DNA of 64,000 nucleotides from Octopus vulgaris (taxonomy: Eukaryota): assembly GCA_951406725.2 (NCBI GenBank), contig OX597816.1, positions 82,398,001 through 82,462,000 on the forward strand. The letters run 5' to 3'. The position numbers and the translations under genes are program-made. The notes below the pieces were generated by a model, which was given only the letters and a program-made list of their open reading frames with translations, made no database searches and was not told where the DNA came from. Below are positions 52,400 through 64,000 of the stretch, in pieces. The stretch's first letter is position 1, and every line of letters begins with the position of its first letter.

Positions 52400-54760
52400 A
52401 TAAATAATTATACTGATACAACCACCAATCATCACACCAGTTAGAAGGTTACTTATCTCACTAACCTGCATATTCCCTTCTCCAAATTCAGAAGGATTCA
52501 TACCACTACACTGTTAATGTAACACAGAATACATATGATTGATTCAAGAATAAAAACCACCCACATGTCCCATTCTAATCACTATCAATACCAACAAATA
52601 TTTTGACTCCATTCCATGTGATCCACTCATACGTAAAATGCTCAACAACAACCTGTGAAATGCTGGCTAGCAAACTACTTATTAGATTACCATGCCTATG
52701 TTGTCCACACAGTAAATACTTTCAGAACTTGCAATTTCCTGAATGGAGTATCACAAGAATCAGTCCTCTCTCCCACTCTTTTCAACCTTTACCTTAGCAC
52801 CACAAAACATACAGGCAACCTAATTACACAGATGACATCATACATCATCACACCATTCTCCAGACACTGATGCCTAACTACTCCAACCTAATATAAATCA
52901 TCTAGAATCTTGGCCCCCCATGACAGACTTCAAGTAGCACTTATAAAAATCTACTGTCTCTTTTCTTTCTAGTAACAACAGAGAACTTCAAATACAATTA
53001 CATCATTCAACAATACACACACACAGAGATAAAGATCCTAGAAATTATGTAATATTTCTACGACATTCACAAGACATAGGAGACATAATAAAGAAAGCAA
53101 AACAAAGCAAATATACTTACAAATTTAGAGCAATAACAGGTGACACAATTGGCCAACAAAATTGACAACGACATACAAACAATACATTAGCTCCATCATG
53201 ACCAATATCAGTCCTGTCTTGCTCCACAATTTCTTTACATTAAAGCACAGCAACCAATCTCTCTCAAATACATTACTATCTTTAAAAAGATGGGGGTGGG
53301 TAGAGTAAGAAGGCTAATTAGTGTACTGGATTGAAGTACATCTGAAAAGTCTGCTCAGAATTAACTTGGGCCACCAAGCTACACCTTGTTATACCATTTA
53401 GCATACTTGTAAACACTGTTATTGAAAGAAAATTTCAATGTACACAATACACTGCGAGACAATGACATACAATAGCACGAATAACACAAAAGATGATCCA
53501 ACAGCACCAATACTAATATCAATACATCCTAAACGACACACACCACATATCTTACAACACAGCCGCCTTACAAGTCATCAGCTAACTTTTCAATAACATA
53601 ACCACCATTGCCACAATACAGTTACACATCAATGAAAAATGAGCATTTTCACAAACATCAAAAACGTACACAAAGAGATTCAATTTCCAGAATCTCCAAC
53701 ACAGATACTAATTAAATAACTGATATATACAATCTGATAAAAGTCAGAGACAAATTTAAACATAACATAGCAACACCACACACAACGGAAATGAAAAAAA
53801 CTATATACCAAGTAACTAAATATGGAAATCTCCCTCAAATCATACCCCCAGCACCTAAGAAAAAGCCAGGTTGGATAATGTAGTTCTGAGCTCCTAACAC
53901 ATAGGGAAAAGATGGGATGGTCATGACTTAACTGATACAAGTTTATCTAATGAAAAAAGTGTTGGTAGCAAACTATCTCTGCTTAAACATATGTAGAGTA
54001 AATAACAATCCCTCTAAAAAATTTTAATTTCCCAAACTTTAGACCTAAACAACCAACCCACACTTCCATAAAATAGACACACAGCCTCATATGCAGATGA
54101 CATCAAAAGAACATGTACCATTCATTAAAATGCACAACCACTCAAACTTACATCATCCACTTAGATATCTGGCTCAAAACAAATACTAAAAGTAAGACTA
54201 AATTCACCCCCTCCCTGCTTACCAGTAATACCAAACAACATCAGATATAATCAGCTATCACACTCAACACCTCCCATGGAAAGAAAACAACAGAAATACT
54301 AAGAAAGAATCATAACATATCAACATTAAAAGTACACATAGGAGTCATAAAGAAAGCCAACACACAAATACACTTAGATTACTCAGACACCACATGTGGT
54401 CATCACAAAGAAGCAATCACAGTGTACAAGCAATATAATAGATCCATCAAAAGGAAAAGGCCTCTAGACAGGCAAGGGGCACATTTTATTGCTGTACAAC
54501 ATTCTGACCTTCACAATCCCAGTCAAAAATGCACAATCTACCCCAACACCCAGACATCTATAAATCCTCAAAATTCTACTAAATAACATTATTCCTCCCA
54601 CTCAATCCAGACAAACACAAATGCACATAAAATACGAACAACTTTATTAACATCATTCTGCTTCAGAACTGTAAAAGAACAGCAACTGTTACAGCCACTT
54701 TATCTGCCTTGCTGTGGCTACAAACATAACCTACAGGAAAAGGCTGGACACTAGAGAAAA
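52400..54760 (+). mobile_element. Old non-RTE LINE debris (two RT remnants)
   Basis: NGVSQESVLSPTLFNLYL (ORF 52655-52870), followed by YTDDI at ~52826, and a second SYADDI at ~54087; A/C-rich sense strand. Confidence 0.7.
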
Positions 54761-54970
54761 TACAACTTGCCCAATATACACTTTACAATAATTCATTTGT
54801 ATGTTAGAACACAAAATATGGCCCACATTACATACTTGGAACAATTGAGCTTTGAATTGCATCTGGCTACTCACATACCAAGGGACAGTTTGATCAGGCT
54901 AAATTTACAACTATTCACAAGAGTGTAAATAAAACAAATTTGACATTTTCAAAAAGTAATGTAAAATTTC

Positions 54971-55086
54971 TCTAGCATATAAAATACTATTTGTATACAT
55001 TTCTAGCATATAAAATACTATTTGTATACATTTCTAGCATATAAAATACTATTTGTATACATTTCTAGCATATAAATACACTATTG
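54971..55086. repeat. 31-bp minisatellite, 3 perfect copies plus a partial fourth
   Basis: TCTAGCATATAAAATACTATTTGTATACATT at 54971, 55002, 55033; partial at 55064. Confidence 0.96.
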
Positions 55087-56268
55087 CAAAAACAGTACAC
55101 TGAAATTTAAAACAAAGTGAAAAAAAAAACAAGCAATTAGTGTCTTAATAAGGACTAATTCCAAAGTCTGATTAAATTATTGTAGCTATAGCTAAATAAG
55201 TGTTTGATGTCGCTGCACCATTCTCGTTTGTCTCTAGTTCAATACTTTTGACTCAGGTTTTGACTCATCTGAATATGATTGTTTGTCACTCTCATGATAT
55301 AGACATTGTGCTTGAAAGAATTACACATAATTCAGAGTGTTATTAGTCTCGTCCAATAAAAAAGAAATATTCAGTTTGACAGCCTTCCTTAAAATGTGAA
55401 TCACTATACAATATCAACAAGATAATGCATTGGCAGCCTAATCCTTCCCATTTGTTGATGTGTATACTAGATACAGAAATAATGGAAACAAATATAAAAT
55501 GTACTGTTTATTAACTAACATATGCCAGTAAGGGAAAGGAAAAGACATAACCTTGGATTGTGAAACAACTAGAGACTACAAGATGAAATGAACAAGTGAA
55601 TAAGATAAGATGTAGAAAAATATGAAGAGGATCAGATGAAGGACAGAAATGATAAAGTTGGTAGCAGCAGAGACAATGAGGTCAATGAAGAGAAGAGGAT
55701 GATGATGGTTATGATGAAAATGAAGATGACAAAGGACAATGATGAAGATGGAGAAGATCAGGATCATGATGATGATTATAATGTGTTATTAATTGAGATT
55801 TTCTAATAGTCACGATTTCTTTTAATTAAAACATTCAGCTGATAGTAGACAGACCACCACTCAGTAATATGTGGTGTACTAGATTTCCACTGCTCCCTAG
55901 AAAAAGCAAACTGTTCTATAGCCCAGTGCAGCTCCTCTTATCGCTACTTAGCTACAAGACCCTTATCATAAAGCTACCAGACCCTTGTCATAAACAAAGT
56001 TAAGTTAGTGTTATAATTAATGCAGTGAACATTAAATTAGTACACAGCACTTCACTCAATAACTGTCTCTCCTTTCCCTATATTTTAATGGGCACTGTTG
56101 TACTACTTTCCTCTCATTCTCTCTCTCTCACACACACACACAATGTTCAGTTGAATCTGAGGGTACATTCCATTACTATTCAGTTTCTCACCACAAGTGA
56201 TTTTCCAGGAAACAAAAAGAATGCTCCTTTTTTTTTTTTTTTTGAAATTTTCATTGAGCAGCCTTTAC

Positions 56269-56316
56269 TCAGTGAACGTAGGAATAGTGGCCTGCTGATG
56301 AGTGATGGAGAAATTT
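56269..56316 (-). CDS. Candidate 48-nt frame-preserving exon
   Basis: Strong acceptor ttttgttttattcttgcag, weaker donor GA|gtaaag; phase 1 reading ISPSLISRPLFLRSL. Confidence 0.25.
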   Translation of the reverse strand, partial: KFLHHSSAGHYSYVH

Positions 56317-57007
56317 CTGCAAGAATAAAACAAAAATCCTTCCAAAACTTACCTAGCTTATCATATGACCTAAAGAAATCTAAAAGCTCCAACTCCTACA
56401 TTTGCCATGCCTTCATTCTGACACCTAACTCAATATGTTCCTCTCTTCATTCATCTTTTTCTGGCTTGAAGGATCACAAGTATCAAGAAACTAAGTGACA
56501 ACAGAATCATTAGCATCAAACAAATATACTCTCCTACATTTACTGGGGGTTTTTTTGCACTCCATATGTTTGTCCAAAGATGTTTGTATGTGCACGTGTG
56601 TATATGAAAACAAATACATGCACACACTTGATGGATCCTCTGTTGTTGTTGCCAATATTCAAGATGCCTGATTGTCTAGTTTAAGTCTAATATAATTAAC
56701 AAGCAAAAAGTTGGGTATTCCAGAGATGTGCATACCTCATGTTAATTTTCAGGTTGAATCAATATGGCAAAATGGGAATTTTGAATTATGGTATAATCAA
56801 AGCCCCACACCCACGAGCTTTCACTGTTTTTGTGTATCAAATTTCATGCGTAAGGCATTGACACCAACCAAAGATGCAATACAAAGTGTATTCAACCCAG
56901 AATCTCATGACAGTAACACAAATTTAACCAATCAGCCATGCATGTGTCCATACACACACACACACAAAATGAAAACAGTAAATTAATCTGATGCAAGTTC
57001 TGATGTG

Positions 57008-57165
57008 GAGTAGACATGGTTGTGAGGTTATGATGTTCACTTCCAAACCATGTGATTTTGGGGTCAGTCCCACTACACAGCAACTTAAGCAAGTATTTTC
57101 TAATATAACCCATGCCTGATCAAAGACTTGTGAGTAGATTAAGCAGGCAGAAACTGAAAGAACAC
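57008..57165 (+). mobile_element. SINE family A head (decayed)
   Basis: catggttgtgaggtta…gggtcagtcccact…ttgtgagtagatt…gaaactgaaagaa. Confidence 0.75.
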
Positions 57166-57199
57166 TTTGTGTATGATGTGTGTGTGTGTGTGTGTATAT

Positions 57200-57567
57200 T
57201 CTTTTATTTGTTTCAGTCATTTGACTGTGTGGCCATGCTGGAGCACTGCCTTTAGCTGAAGAAATTGACCCCAGGGCTTATTCTTTGTAAGCCTAGTACT
57301 TATTCTATCAGTCTTTTGTCAAACCACTAAGTTACGGGGATGTAAACACATCAACATCGGTTGTCAAATGGTGGTGGGGGCCAAACGCCCGCACGCACAC
57401 ACACAACAAGCTTCTTTCAGTTTCCGTCTACCAAATCCGCTCACAAGGCTTTTGGCTGGCCTGAGTTTATAGTAGAAGACACTTGCCCAAGGTGCCATGC
57501 AGTGGGGACCAAACCTGGAACCATGTGGTTGGGAAGCAAACTACTTACCGCACAGCCACTCCTGCGC

Positions 57568-57568
<1 letters not shown>
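57200..57568 (-). mobile_element. Near full-length SINE family A
   Basis: Reverse-strand head ggcgcaggagtggctgtgcggtaag…; tail gctccagcatggcc…agtcaaatgactgaaacaaataaaag. Confidence 0.9.
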
Positions 57569-57602
<34 letters not shown>

Positions 57603-58059
57603 GTGTGTGTGTGTGTGTGTGCTTGCACATACATGTCTGTGCTCATTTACATTTCCACTTTCCCATGAGCCTACAAGTAGTGGTGTTGTCATTTTCTCTG
57701 TTAAGAATTCATTTACTGGTTTTGTGCTTTCAAAGATGTGTGGGAAGCACATATGGGATAGTAGCAAGAAGAGCACTTAGAGGGAAAAACAATGCCTTGA
57801 AAATATATTTGTCCAATCCATGGTAGCAGAGAAAAACAGACACAAAAATGAATAGAATACATTATGCCTGTGTATGTGTGTTATATAATTATAAAATATA
57901 TTTTGTATAATATAGATGCAAGTATGGATGTAATCTATACACATATACACACAGGCACACAAATGTGTGCACACGCGTGCACACACACAGATATAAATAT
58001 ACATACACACATACAAATATACACACATACATACAGATACACATAGATATACACACATA

Positions 58060-59852
58060 TATAAATAGTAAAATAAAGATTCAGATGGAATCAGGTACTT
58101 GAAAAGATATGTACCAGGTAGGGTTGGATAAACCTGTGATTTCAGTCTATAGTTGGTAAGCACCAAATAAGATATTCTGGTTGTGTACACAGAGAAAACC
58201 AACCCTATGAGTATTTAGCACCTAGGGGCTGGTTCAAGCATGCGCTACGTTGAATAGTACATTGTTGGTATACTCTAAGGTGTCCGACAAGTCGTAAATT
58301 CCCTTGGTGTATTACAATCAAATGAATAATAACATAAGGGATAATTGTCAGCTCATTACTACTGTTTCTTACACATCTTTTTAATAGAAGAACGAGAACC
58401 TTACCCCCATTACAAAAACCATAATCATCAGATGAAATGTAATTTTACAAACAAAAGAATATCCCAAGAATACAGCAGGGACATGGCTGAAGTTTGTTGA
58501 GGCCAACTATGAAATGGGAGAATGACCAACAAAGTTGGCTATTGAGATTAAGAATATAGTTCATGAAAGATATCTAAGGTCAGCGACCCAGGTGAGACAG
58601 GAGTTTGCTATGCTAGAGTGGAGTGCAGGTAATATTTTATTATAGTATAAGTTTAGAGCAATGGGTAGCAAGGGGAGGACCTAATATAACTTAAGTAGAA
58701 AGAAAGAAAGAATAAAGAAAGCAAAAAAAGTAAGGGTGCAGAAAAATAAATGCATACAAGCCAAATAAGCATAGGTCAGGGTTTAGGATTCACAAGCTAT
58801 GGCTAAAGGACAAAAGGAGGCAGGCAGAGATACACAGAATTTAGGGGTATTCTGTGGATATTGGTTGAAAGTAGGGGGAGGGTCCGAAGGCAATCAAATA
58901 ATATCTAACTTTTATGGAATTGTAGTGTTAAGCATGAAGTGGAAAGATATAGGGTGTAGTTTTGGATACAAAAATGTATATGGGTTAGTGGGGACTGCTT
59001 GTAAATTAGGACATGTTTGCTTGGAGAGGAAAACCTGGTAGTAATAGTAGAGTACTACTTATCATTAAGGAGTTTAAAGAAAGATGGGGTAATATAATAA
59101 ACTACACCTAGTATGGACTTCGAGGAAATACCAGATCAGATATCAAAGAAAGCCAGCAGTAGGAAGTAGTCTAATGATTAACAACATGGAATGTTATAAA
59201 GGTGGCATTGATATTATTTAATTAGATAGTGTAATCACTATTGTGTAAATCAGGTAATGCAACTCCAGACAATAGTTGTGGGTAAGAGGTTTGGATAGCA
59301 AATTCCATCTAAATAACTGTATCTTGGTGTAAGGATTACATACCTAGTAGAATTGGAAAAGAACTGGTTAGGATGTGCAGGCTGCTACTTCTAGATTATT
59401 GCATAATACTGGGTACACCACAGATAGAATGGTTAGTTCCTTCAAGATAGCATACCATGCAAGCATGGTAAGAGAGGTTAAAAATTAATGGTAAAGGGAA
59501 ACGAGACTGGAAGGACACAAAAATAAATAGGCAGATTAATCAACTTTTGGGTCAACAACAGAGGGAGTAAATTAGATTGGCCCTAGGTTAGCAGCTATTA
59601 CAGAGGTTGTTTAACATCCTTAAAATATTTAGAAGTGTGGATAGCCTTATGTATACAGGAAAGGCAAGGGTCTAGTTTATTATTTGGTAGATTTTCATTA
59701 TTTGATCACATGAAAATTTGAAACAGCTCCATGCAGCAAAGCATGCACCCATATCTGCAGTTTAAGTGCAGTTTAGTGACCCTAATGATGTCTCAACTTA
59801 AATTTAAGTGTCATCCTTGAGCTCCCAAATTTTCGTGGCTAGAGAAGTCTTG

Positions 59853-59854
<2 letters not shown>
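58060..59854 (-). mobile_element. Putative decayed Penelope-like element between two microsatellites
   Basis: Compositionally distinct block (G-rich on +) containing a minus-strand hammerhead motif; no intact ORF. Confidence 0.4.
58352..58436 (-). ncRNA. Type I hammerhead ribozyme motif
   Basis: UUCAU-CUGAUGA-UUAU…(long loop)…GUAA-GAAAC-AGUA-GUA^AUGAG. Stems I and II pair and core nucleotides are intact. Confidence 0.6.

Positions 59855-59913
<59 letters not shown>
59855..59913. repeat. (TA)n(CA)n microsatellite
   Basis: Direct. Confidence 0.97.
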
Positions 59914-59916
<3 letters not shown>

Positions 59917-60297
59917 CAACAGACAAGTTACAAAACTGATTCAAGGGTCAAAAATTTCATACATAGCACTTGTCTAAGTTTAAGAAGAGCCATGAATAAA
60001 GCTATCAGACCTCAAGCCACTTTTGTAACTTTTCTGCCAATTAAAACAGATAAATCCTGGGTTCACCTACTCAGAGGAACATAGTTATGCCACATATATA
60101 TATATATCAAACAAATAACAACAGATGGATTGTGGTTCACTCAATACAACTATTTCAGACATGTTTTTTTTATTAATGAATAGAATTATTGCATCATGCA
60201 GGGGGAAAAAAAAACATTTTCATCAGGTGAATATATGTATAAATTAAACATTTCAAAACATTTTAAAATCCCAAGTAAGTACCATTTCATGACTTAC

Positions 60298-60399
60298 TGG
60301 CGAAATTTGGTCTCCTCTCATACACATACACAGTGAGGCAGATGTGGAGCTGTTTTCACCACACAAGTTCAGTGAAACTGGTGAAGATGAAACCAACAT
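60298..60399 (-). CDS. Candidate exon ending in consensus donor
   Basis: MLVSSSPVSLNLCGENSSTSASLCMCMRGDQISP|gtaagt; non-repetitive sequence. Confidence 0.25.
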
Positions 60400-60870
60400 C
60401 TGTTGTGCAATAGTGTTGCTTTATCGCATAGTCTGGTTTCATCTCTGATCAACTGTTGAATTTCATTACAAATGATGAGGAACATCTTTGTACTTTAAAT
60501 TTCTGATTCAGAATGTAATTAGAATTTTTTTCATCTTTCATATATTTATTTGTTTTTTATATTATGCACCACTAGTTATGAGATCCCACAAATACATTTC
60601 ACATACACTGCACAGTTTTAATTTATTGTTTTCCAATAATAAAAAGTGTTTATTCACATTTATTGTAAGTGCTCTGAGTTAAAATCTTGCTGGAGTCAAC
60701 TTTCATCCTTTCAGGGTCACTGAAAAAACAACAAATGAAAGGTAACTAGATTGATAGCACTGTAAGATCATTGATGGCACTGTAAGATCTCTGTAAGATC
60801 ATTGGAAAAGATGCCTTACAATATTTGATCCAGCTCTTTTGTGTTCTGGGTAATAGTCTTAACCATTCAC

Positions 60871-61021
60871 CTGGCTTAACACCACCACCTGACACCCCTG
60901 GTGCCTTTAATCCACTCTGTTGCAAGCTTTTAAGCAAGGTTTCCTGTTTGAGGTTACCTTTCTCCCATCCTCCCATCAATTTTGGAGGCCCTGTAATGGG
61001 CCATTGGCACAGCATTCTCCC
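60871..61021 (-). CDS. Candidate 151-nt coding exon
   Basis: Excellent acceptor tttttatttttatctttttgtcag and a sharp rise in GC. Open frame GRMLCQWPITGPPKLMGGWEKGNLKQETLLKSLQQSGLKAPGVSGGGVKP; donor CAG|gtgaat (alternative AAG|gtaacc at 60958). Confidence 0.45.
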
Positions 61022-62425
61022 CTGACAAAAAGATAAAAATAAAAATATTGAAAAGTTCAAGTATCCCCAAAACAATAGGCAAATTCAAAAGTGACCTTTG
61101 AACTTTACTGGTATAGGCTGTAAAAATTTATCTGCTGTAAAGACAACCCATGAAGTGAACCAGTATGGATGACTATAAAAGATACAATACAGAAGCAGAA
61201 TGTAAATACTTTCATCATTAAACACTTTCATTCTTTCAATAGAAATGTAAATAGTTACAATTCATTATAATAATTATAGTATTTCAGGAACAGAAGTATC
61301 TTGTTTCTTTCAGATTTTTTTTAAATGCTGCTTAGCTTTGTTTTCCAGTTTATGTTACAATAATGATAGAATCTATGTATTAGCTGTATTGATTATTTAA
61401 TTTATTTGATGCATTAAATAATTCAAATAGAATTTCTGATAATGGAAACTGTATTCTGGCCTATCACACTTAAGGTTGACAGCAATGATTCCATAGGATT
61501 GTGACAAACCTTTAATATATCATCACTATCATGTAACATTATAATAATGGTCTTAGCTCAAACACATCAGTTAACTTGGACAATGAATATAACTTCCTTT
61601 CATGATGCCATCTCAAATGTAACATTTAGATGTGTACAATGTACACCCCTTATATTTAGGTCTTAAAATCTGAGGAAAAAGTGTGCATTATGCATGAATA
61701 CATCAATTGTGTTTTCTGTTGTTTTGTTGGGGGGGGGCATTATATTCATCATGTGCATAAAAGCACAAAGACATTCATTAACATTTTAGACTATAAACAG
61801 CCTTTATATGTTAGTTATTTTTTCACCCTCACCTAGCAAAACTACATCAGTTTCAATAAACCTCCTTGGTGAAAAACATTTAAATACTATTCTATGTGTC
61901 TAGTGTGGTAAACTCAAGTATCACTGTTCATTTCTGTTTTCATTTCAGTTTTCTTGTACACATAGCTTGCCTAAAAGCTGTAACTGACCACATTTATAAA
62001 TAATACATTGTTCATAAGTTCTAATAACACTGATTTTCATACTTTTGAGGTCAGTAAAATAAGTACTAGTTGAGGATGGGGGGTCAATGTAATTGACTTT
62101 CTCCTAGCCTAAAAATGCTGGCTATGTGTCAAAATTATTGTTATGAGCTGTGAAAATAGCAAAACATGCAACTACAGATGATGGAATAAAGTATATAAAA
62201 CTGCCTAATTTTAACTCAATTTAAGCCATCATTCTATGCTTTACATTGAAAACTGATGTAGAGAATAAGTTTGAATTTTCTGTTTTACATTGAACAATAA
62301 ACTACTTGTACACTACTTTATTCCCATTATTTTTTACTTCACCTACTGGCCAACCATCAGGAGTAGGGAGAACAGAATTATTTATTGTTCAATGTAAAAC
62401 AGTGAAAATTACTATCTAAAATTTA

Positions 62426-62463
<38 letters not shown>

Positions 62464-62969
62464 GGAGACAAACAACAGAAACACTTACAGGATTTAAATT
62501 TACAATACTATCACCTTTATTATAAGTATGAAGTTGAAAATTTAATGCAAACTTATGGATAAGATTATCACAAACATGCCTTTCCTAGAAGGCATTAGAA
62601 ACATATGTAAGATGAGACAGTTCAGTGAGTTTGCTAACTGAGAACTTACCTACTACTATTATGGAAGATATAGTTGGTTAATATCACAGACCACTGCTGT
62701 TGTGACAACCAAATATTGCAGACTGTGTGCATCATGCTTCACTGATATTGCAGATCATATCAGTGTGTTTGGTTGACATCTCACTATTGCACTAATTTGC
62801 AAGTAATATTTGAGTAAACCTATCAAATAAACAAAGCCATTATGCTGCAGTTAAGCCCTTTCATGAATCATTAAGTAATGCTTGCCAGAGGCACAGTGTC
62901 AATACCAAAATGTGTTTACCTTGCAACCTCCCTCTCATCTTCCTATTTATTCAATACCATAAGAAGACA

Positions 62970-63019
<50 letters not shown>

Positions 63020-63529
63020 GAAGATTATGTCCAAATGCATTAGATTTTTCTTTCCTTGTGGAAAACCAATTTATTTCTCTTTTGAACTGTTTTTATTCAC
63101 CAATTGCTGACACAGAGCATCACTAGTTACCTTGGATCCTACTGTTTACTTAACTGACACTTTAGCTGTTAGCTCAACAAACTGCACTGCAACTCTATTA
63201 CTAATTCTATTTTATAACTGATGATTGATTTAGTATTTTAACTTCATATTCTGCCAACTAAACATTTTGGAGGAAAATTATATTTTCTTTTAAGATCACA
63301 GTTAAAAGATCTTTTCTTTAGACATTTATGTTTTTGAAAATATTTGGCCTCGCAGAAATTATAAAATGTTTGTTGAATTAAGCTGATTTATAATTGTTTA
63401 ATCTAGGGACTAAAGATTCATTATTTGTTTAACACACCTTAAAAGTAGTTGTTTTCTTAATGTTTTATACATGTGTCATACCAAATTCTGTATTTCAGAA
63501 TCTATTTGTCTATACATCCTTTACTGTCA

Positions 63530-64000
63530 AGCATCAGCCACTGTATTCGCCATTGAGAATTCATGGAAGAAGTTTTGTGGGAATATGTGGATTTCACAAA
63601 CGGTCCCCAACAATCCCGCATGTAGAGACATCCTGTTTGCCGCAGACGCAGGGACAGAACGACTGAGGAGCCACCGGTTGCGAAACAGACACTCCAAGGA
63701 TTTTCACCAGAGCCCCGTCCGGTGGGTGAACTGAGCTGTGATGTCCTTCTCCCAAATCCACTTCCCAACTGGCGGAAATGCGTGGGCGGGCAGCTGAAGA
63801 CCTGGGTTACGACGATCAAGGAGGACCTCTCCATACTCACGGGACCGCAGGTGGTTGGCCTGCATTGATGGAACCGTGATTGGCTCGCTATCTCTAGTGA
63901 ACTGGCACAGGACCATCGTGCGTGGACTGCCATGGTTCGAGATGCCTCGAGGGTGGTAGAAGAAGCCGACTCAACCCGCCCAGGGTGAATGTCGCCACAA
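63530..64000 (+). mobile_element. GC/CpG-rich RTE-clade LINE 3' end (different family)
   Basis: PLPNWRKCVGGQLKTWVTTIKEDL…GPQVVGLH*WNRDW…LAQDHRAW…VRD…STRPG* (stop 63986-63988; premature stop 63866-63868). Confidence 0.88.

Noticed and set aside
54971-55086. 31-bp direct repeats resembling CRISPR repeat length
   Set aside because: Head-to-tail with no spacers, no cas genes, and a eukaryotic context.
55570-55780. Acidic or hydrophobic-looking ORFs
   Set aside because: Decayed (GAT/GAA)n low-complexity tract with stops.

Overview
AT-rich, repeat-dense eukaryotic DNA with no prokaryotic genes. The repeat landscape suggests a coleoid cephalopod, most likely Octopus (inference): tRNA-derived SINEs, RTE-type LINE fragments with (GAT)n tails, TTAA MITEs, a Charlie-type hAT and very long (TA)/(CA)/(GA) microsatellites. 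Almost all ORFs in the track are microsatellite read-through or decayed transposon fragments. Scattered minus-strand splice signals (1-156, ~40.3 kb, ~50.0 kb, ~56.3 kb, ~60.3-61.0 kb) suggest the window is mostly intron of a large minus-strand gene that I cannot identify. Three non-trivial structures stand out. (i) A 397/398-identical inverted duplication (26664-27061 / 27728-28125) made of non-TIR local DNA. (ii) A 228-bp palindrome (7280-7507) carrying a type I hammerhead ribozyme motif in each arm. (iii) Further Penelope-type hammerhead motifs at 58352-58436 (-) and 45067-45207 (-), with every hammerhead locus lying in a block bordered by (TA)n-rich microsatellites. All calls are from visual reading; no database searches or folding computations were run.
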